Source of the DNA: a virus
Strand: one strand, 5' to 3'
IMG/VR virus record: IMGVR_UViG_3300045988_068752
Location: 1-55,990 of that record
DNA length: 55,990 nt
Shown: positions 53,146 to 55,990 of the stretch, in pieces
How the letters are laid out: every line of letters starts with the position of its first letter
How positions within the stretch are numbered: position 1 is the stretch's first letter
Made by a program: the position numbers and the translations under genes
The notes under the pieces: generated by a model
The model's database searches: none
Seen by the model: only the letters and a program-made list of their open reading frames with translations
Told to the model about the DNA's origin: nothing

Positions 53146-53172
53146 CATTATATGGTATGTAAATCCTGCGGA
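53143..53172 (-). promoter_or_regulatory. Conserved promoter-like motif, copy g
   Basis: Minus strand: CGCAG GATTTACATACCA TATAAT GAAG. The terminal AAG are tRNA positions 1-3. Confidence 0.6.
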
Positions 53173-53174
53173 TT

Positions 53175-53199
53175 AAAAAAGAGAGGGAATTAACCCTCT
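53175..53199 (-). terminator. Intrinsic terminator ending the 53207..53623 cassette
   Basis: AGAGGG/CCCTCT stem (53182-53187 with 53194-53199) followed by CTTTTTT on the minus strand. Confidence 0.65.
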
Positions 53200-53206
53200 G
53201 ATGATT

Positions 53207-53623
53207 TTATAAAGATTTATAAAACTTAACAATATCTTTAAATTCACCTTTACGTTCGTTTACGATTGGTGTAATCTTATTTATATGTTGTGTGAAATAA
53301 TCTTTAACTTCTTCATCGTTTTTAATTCCCTCTACAATATCCTTATTTACTTGCGATAGTCGTTCATGTGTTTCAAACATTTTTTGTGTTCTATCATATA
53401 TTTCATCTTTAGAAATAGATTCAATAACAGCTTCTGCTTCTCTACGAAGACGTTTGTAAAGCGATTTGGTGTATTCAATAATATGTAAGTTAGCTTTTGA
53501 AATGCCAACCACCATTTTATATTGATCATCCAACATCTTTCCAAGTTCGACATCGTTTAGCATATACGCTAATTCAATCATATTTGTTTGATTTAGTGAT
53601 AGTTCGTTAGTTTGTTTAGTCAT
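53207..53623 (-). CDS. Hypothetical protein (138 aa); monocistronic cassette
   Basis: Motif copy h upstream, AGGAGGG RBS, terminator downstream. Confidence 0.7.
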   Translation of the reverse strand: MTKQTNELSLNQTNMIELAYMLNDVELGKMLDDQYKMVVGISKANLHIIEYTKSLYKRLRREAEAVIESISKDEIYDRTQKMFETHERLSQVNKDIVEGIKNDEEVKDYFTQHINKITPIVNERKGEFKDIVKFYKSL

Positions 53624-53651
53624 GACAATGACCCTCCTATAATAAATTTTA

Positions 53652-53681
53652 TTTCATTATAGGGTTTGGAATTCCTGCGAA
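53652..53681 (-). promoter_or_regulatory. Conserved promoter-like motif, copy h
   Basis: Minus strand: CGCAG GAATTCCAAACCC TATAAT GAAA. Confidence 0.6.
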
Positions 53682-53707
53682 AAAAGAGGAGTATATGTAA
53701 ATACTCC
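53680..53707 (-). terminator. Intrinsic terminator ending the 53735..53869 cassette
   Basis: GGAGTAT/ATACTCC stem (53688-53694 with 53701-53707) followed by TCTTTTTT, which runs straight into the CGCAG of motif copy h. Confidence 0.6.
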
Positions 53708-53734
53708 GTTATATCATGTAGTTGTGAATAGATG

Positions 53735-53869
53735 CTAACGATCATATTTCTTTATCATGTATGCCCACAGTCCAATAACGGCTGCTCCGGCAACTGACAC
53801 GAAAATAGGCGTCTCTAGCATTGTGTATTCCCACACTCTACAAGCTTTACGTTTAAGTTTATCCGACAT
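53735..53869 (-). CDS. Small membrane protein (44 aa); monocistronic cassette
   Basis: AAGGAGGA RBS; encodes MSDKLKRKACRVWEYTMLETPIFVSVAGAAVIGLWAYMIKKYDR. It is below the ORF-track cutoff. Confidence 0.55.
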   Translation of the reverse strand: MSDKLKRKACRVWEYTMLETPIFVSVAGAAVIGLWAYMIKKYDR

Positions 53870-53883
53870 ATGTTTGTCCTCCT

Positions 53884-53913
53884 TTTCATTATGTGGTATG
53901 TATTTTATGCGAA
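53884..53913 (-). promoter_or_regulatory. Conserved promoter-like motif, copy i (most divergent: CGCAT)
   Basis: Minus strand: CGCAT AAAATACATACCA CATAAT GAAA. Confidence 0.5.
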
Positions 53914-53986
53914 TTTGAGATGAAAATCACACCCGGGCAAATTTTGGAAATTCAAAAAAAGAGGGAGCCATGTAGACTCCGCTTCT

Positions 53987-54400
53987 TTATTTACCAGTAT
54001 ATGAATTATAATATTTGGTCGCTAACGAACGATGTCCTAAATATAGATCATAATTATCATCTATCTTTTTCTTTAGCTTTTTGGCGACTTTTTGTTTAAT
54101 CTGCTTGCCTTTCTTTTTCGCTTTCTCGGATTTTTCTCTATAAAGATAAGCATTCACGTGAGATTTATAAAGCGCTTTATCTGCTGCAGATTGATGTTGA
54201 GCAGCCATACCTAACTTGTAGTGAGGATGATTTTGGTCGAATACTGCAGGTAACGTATTTGAAGCATGACGGTCTGATTCTTTATAGCTGGAGTATAAAT
54301 CTTTAAGTTGTTTATGACGACTCTTAATACCCCAACGCATACCTTTAATCCCATAGTGCTCAATAACATCTTGGGAGGATTGAATAGAAATATAATTCAT
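53987..54400 (-). CDS. GMKWG-motif family paralog (137 aa, basic)
   Basis: MNYISIQSSQDVIEHYGIKGMRWGIKSRHKQ... Confidence 0.8.
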   Translation of the reverse strand: MNYISIQSSQDVIEHYGIKGMRWGIKSRHKQLKDLYSSYKESDRHASNTLPAVFDQNHPHYKLGMAAQHQSAADKALYKSHVNAYLYREKSEKAKKKGKQIKQKVAKKLKKKIDDNYDLYLGHRSLATKYYNSYTGK

Positions 54401-54415
54401 TTATACCCCCCCTAA

Positions 54416-54958
54416 TTAATAACGTCCGCCAGCTAAAGTTGCAGCTTTCTTACGTGCTGTTTTAGCGTTTGCAATATCTCTGTTAAAATTATTATTCAGA
54501 TCTTTGTAGGCAGCAGACATTTTCTTACGTGCCATTGTCTGACGTTCTCGATAATCTTTACGAGATTCTCCTTGAGATTTTTTACGCTTACTGAAATAGG
54601 CATCTTGACTGTATTTATTAAAGATCTTATCATCACCATCTCCATGACGGGATAGCGCCGCATTCCTATCTTTCTTATATTTTTTATTAGCTTTGACCAT
54701 ATCGTTAACATAACGATTACGGAATTCCAATGACCGTGTTGTACCCATTAAGGTTCCCATTTTTGATCGTCTTCTTGATTCTTTAATGGACCTATCAGTT
54801 AGAATAGGGTGTCGTACAGAGTTGATAGCTGTTCTGCCTGCAGCAGCGCCCCAACGTTTCATACGCTGGCCCCACTTCATTCCTTTGACTCCGTGGTGTT
54901 CGATAACATCTTGAACGTTATCTGTGTGGTAAATTTCATCTTCATTAATAATAATCAT
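54416..54958 (-). CDS. GMKWG-motif family paralog (180 aa, basic)
   Basis: MIIINEDEIYHTDNVQDVIEHHGVKGMKWGQRMKRWG... Confidence 0.8.
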   Translation of the reverse strand: MIIINEDEIYHTDNVQDVIEHHGVKGMKWGQRMKRWGAAAGRTAINSVRHPILTDRSIKESRRRSKMGTLMGTTRSLEFRNRYVNDMVKANKKYKKDRNAALSRHGDGDDKIFNKYSQDAYFSKRKKSQGESRKDYRERQTMARKKMSAAYKDLNNNFNRDIANAKTARKKAATLAGGRY

Positions 54959-54964
54959 AATTAT

Positions 54965-55561
54965 TTATCCTTTCAATCCAGCTTTTCTAGCCATTCTTTG
55001 GTATTCAGCAGCTCGGCCGCCATACATACTTGCATTAGCGCCATAATTATTAATGAACGAGTTTGACATAGTACGTTCATGAACATAATGGCCAGATTTA
55101 TCCATCAAATCTTTTCGACTCGATCTATATAATTCTTCCCTATATTTCATTTTATCACGAAGAGTTCTAGGGTCATTTTTACCATATTTGGATTTGGATT
55201 CTTTCCATTTGTTTCTAGCCTCGTGATAAGCTCCATCATAAGGTTTACGAACTTGCTTATATGCGTCTTTATAAGAAATTCCTTTTTTATTCGATAGAAT
55301 TTTAGCTTGTTGCTTTTCAATCTTTCTACCGTTTTGATAACGACGATATTGTCCATCTAGACCTTGGAACGACCCAGCAAATTCATCCATAAATCGGTTC
55401 ATAGCAGTATCAGACATACGTTTGTTTAATTTGGTCAGTTTTCTTTGAGCTCTAGCAGCGCCTCTTGAAGATACAACCCTTCGCTGGCCCCACTTCATGC
55501 CCTTAATCCCGAAGTGTTCGATAACATCTTGGGAAGATTGAATAGAGTAATATTCAGTCAT
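54965..55561 (-). CDS. GMKWG-motif family paralog (198 aa, basic)
   Basis: MTEYYSIQSSQDVIEHFGIKGMKWGQRRVVSS... Confidence 0.8.
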   Translation of the reverse strand: MTEYYSIQSSQDVIEHFGIKGMKWGQRRVVSSRGAARAQRKLTKLNKRMSDTAMNRFMDEFAGSFQGLDGQYRRYQNGRKIEKQQAKILSNKKGISYKDAYKQVRKPYDGAYHEARNKWKESKSKYGKNDPRTLRDKMKYREELYRSSRKDLMDKSGHYVHERTMSNSFINNYGANASMYGGRAAEYQRMARKAGLKG

Positions 55562-55572
55562 TCATTTACTCC

Positions 55573-55935
55573 TTATAAATATTTACGTTTGGCTACGCCG
55601 CTCATGTTGTATTTAGCAATATTATATGCTTTAGCGGCAGCCTTACCAGCGTTCTTAACCCCATACTTAGCGGCCTTACCAGCAAATTTGACGCCTTCCC
55701 TAGCAAAAGCTGCTTTCTGAGGATCTGTCACTTTCCATAATTGATATTGTAACGCCGCAGCCGTTGCGGCCCCAATAGTGCCTCCTACAATTTTCTTATT
55801 ACGTTTATTACGAGTAAGACGTAACGCCGCTTTTTGATTCATGTCAGTAAGGTCTTTATTTTTATTAATAAGTTCCCTACGTTTAGGATCGTTCTTACCA
55901 AGAGCAGCAATTTTCTTTTCATTATCCCGTTTCAT
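55573..55935 (-). CDS. C-terminal portion of GMKWG paralog 1 in the +1 frame (basic region plus Gly/Ala hydrophobic segment); no RBS of its own
   Basis: MKRDNEKKIAALGKNDPKRRELINKNK...KIVGGTIGAATAAALQYQLW... begins inside the A8 tract (55935..55942). The architecture matches the C-terminal halves of the other family members. Confidence 0.55.
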   Translation of the reverse strand: MKRDNEKKIAALGKNDPKRRELINKNKDLTDMNQKAALRLTRNKRNKKIVGGTIGAATAAALQYQLWKVTDPQKAAFAREGVKFAGKAAKYGVKNAGKAAAKAYNIAKYNMSGVAKRKYL

Positions 55936-55990
55936 TTTTTTTACGAGCAACTAGATTCTTATTGATTCGCCCGGAGAATTGTCCGATTCT
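55936..55990. repeat. Second copy of the 55-nt terminal overlap
   Basis: Exact match to 1..55. Confidence 0.9.

Noticed and set aside
33207-53913. Reading the motif as an ordinary sigma-A promoter because it contains TATAAT
   Set aside because: Not fully excluded, but there is no conserved -35 at 16-18 nt and no TG extension. The conserved block is contiguous with the hexamer, and in two units the mature RNA 5' end starts 1-2 nt after the hexamer. A factor-dependent or phage-RNAP promoter fits better.
53954-53985. Intrinsic terminator after the last GMKWG gene
   Set aside because: Only a 4-bp GGAG/CTCC stem precedes the T7 run, too weak to call a hairpin terminator. I note it only as a T-run that may mark the end of the late unit.
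1-55990. CRISPR arrays, transposable elements, lysogeny module
   Set aside because: I found no spaced direct-repeat array, no IS-like inverted repeats with a transposase, and no integrase or repressor motif on either strand.

Overview
The window is a complete, circularly closed dsDNA phage genome. Positions 1..55 are identical to 55936..55990, so the unique length is about 55.9 kb. The sequence is AT-rich, every credible gene lies on the minus strand, and GGAGG-type ribosome-binding sites are strong. The endolysin has an Amidase_5-like N-terminus and choline-binding-type YG repeats, which points to a Streptococcus-like Firmicutes host. I saw no integrase, repressor or CRISPR array.

Read in the direction of transcription (descending coordinates, wrapping through position 1), the layout is:
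- About 53.9 to 37.5 kb: many small genes, three small-RNA or tRNA-like cassettes, and the endolysin.
- 37.1 to 27.6 kb: replication and transcription genes. These are an SF3 helicase + AEP primase + family-B polymerase fusion, an SSB-like protein, an SF2 helicase, a VRR-NUC nuclease, a PD-(D/E)XK nuclease, and a YonO/RDR-like single-chain RNA polymerase.
- 27.5 kb through 1 and on to about 54.0 kb: one long packaging and structural block. It holds HNH, TerL, portal, a protease-scaffold-capsid fusion, major tail protein, chaperones, a 2325-aa tape measure, Dit, Tal and a fibre.

Main hunting results:
1. The phage RNA polymerase carries three HTH-like modules.
2. A 30-nt promoter-like motif occurs ten times with invariant internal spacing. 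It heads self-contained promoter-gene-terminator cassettes.
3. Three of these cassettes encode small RNAs (one near-canonical tRNA, one 114-nt expanded tRNA-like RNA, one unclassified). The motif abuts the RNA 5' end and an oligo-T run follows the 3' end.
4. A seven-member paralog family shares the N-terminal motif [IV][IL]EH[FHY]G[IV]KGM[KR]WG. One member is split at an A8 tract.
5. Two unusual non-coding islands share a short motif just upstream of the first genes of the replication and late modules.

Everything here was read by eye. No homology searches or RNA folding programs were run.
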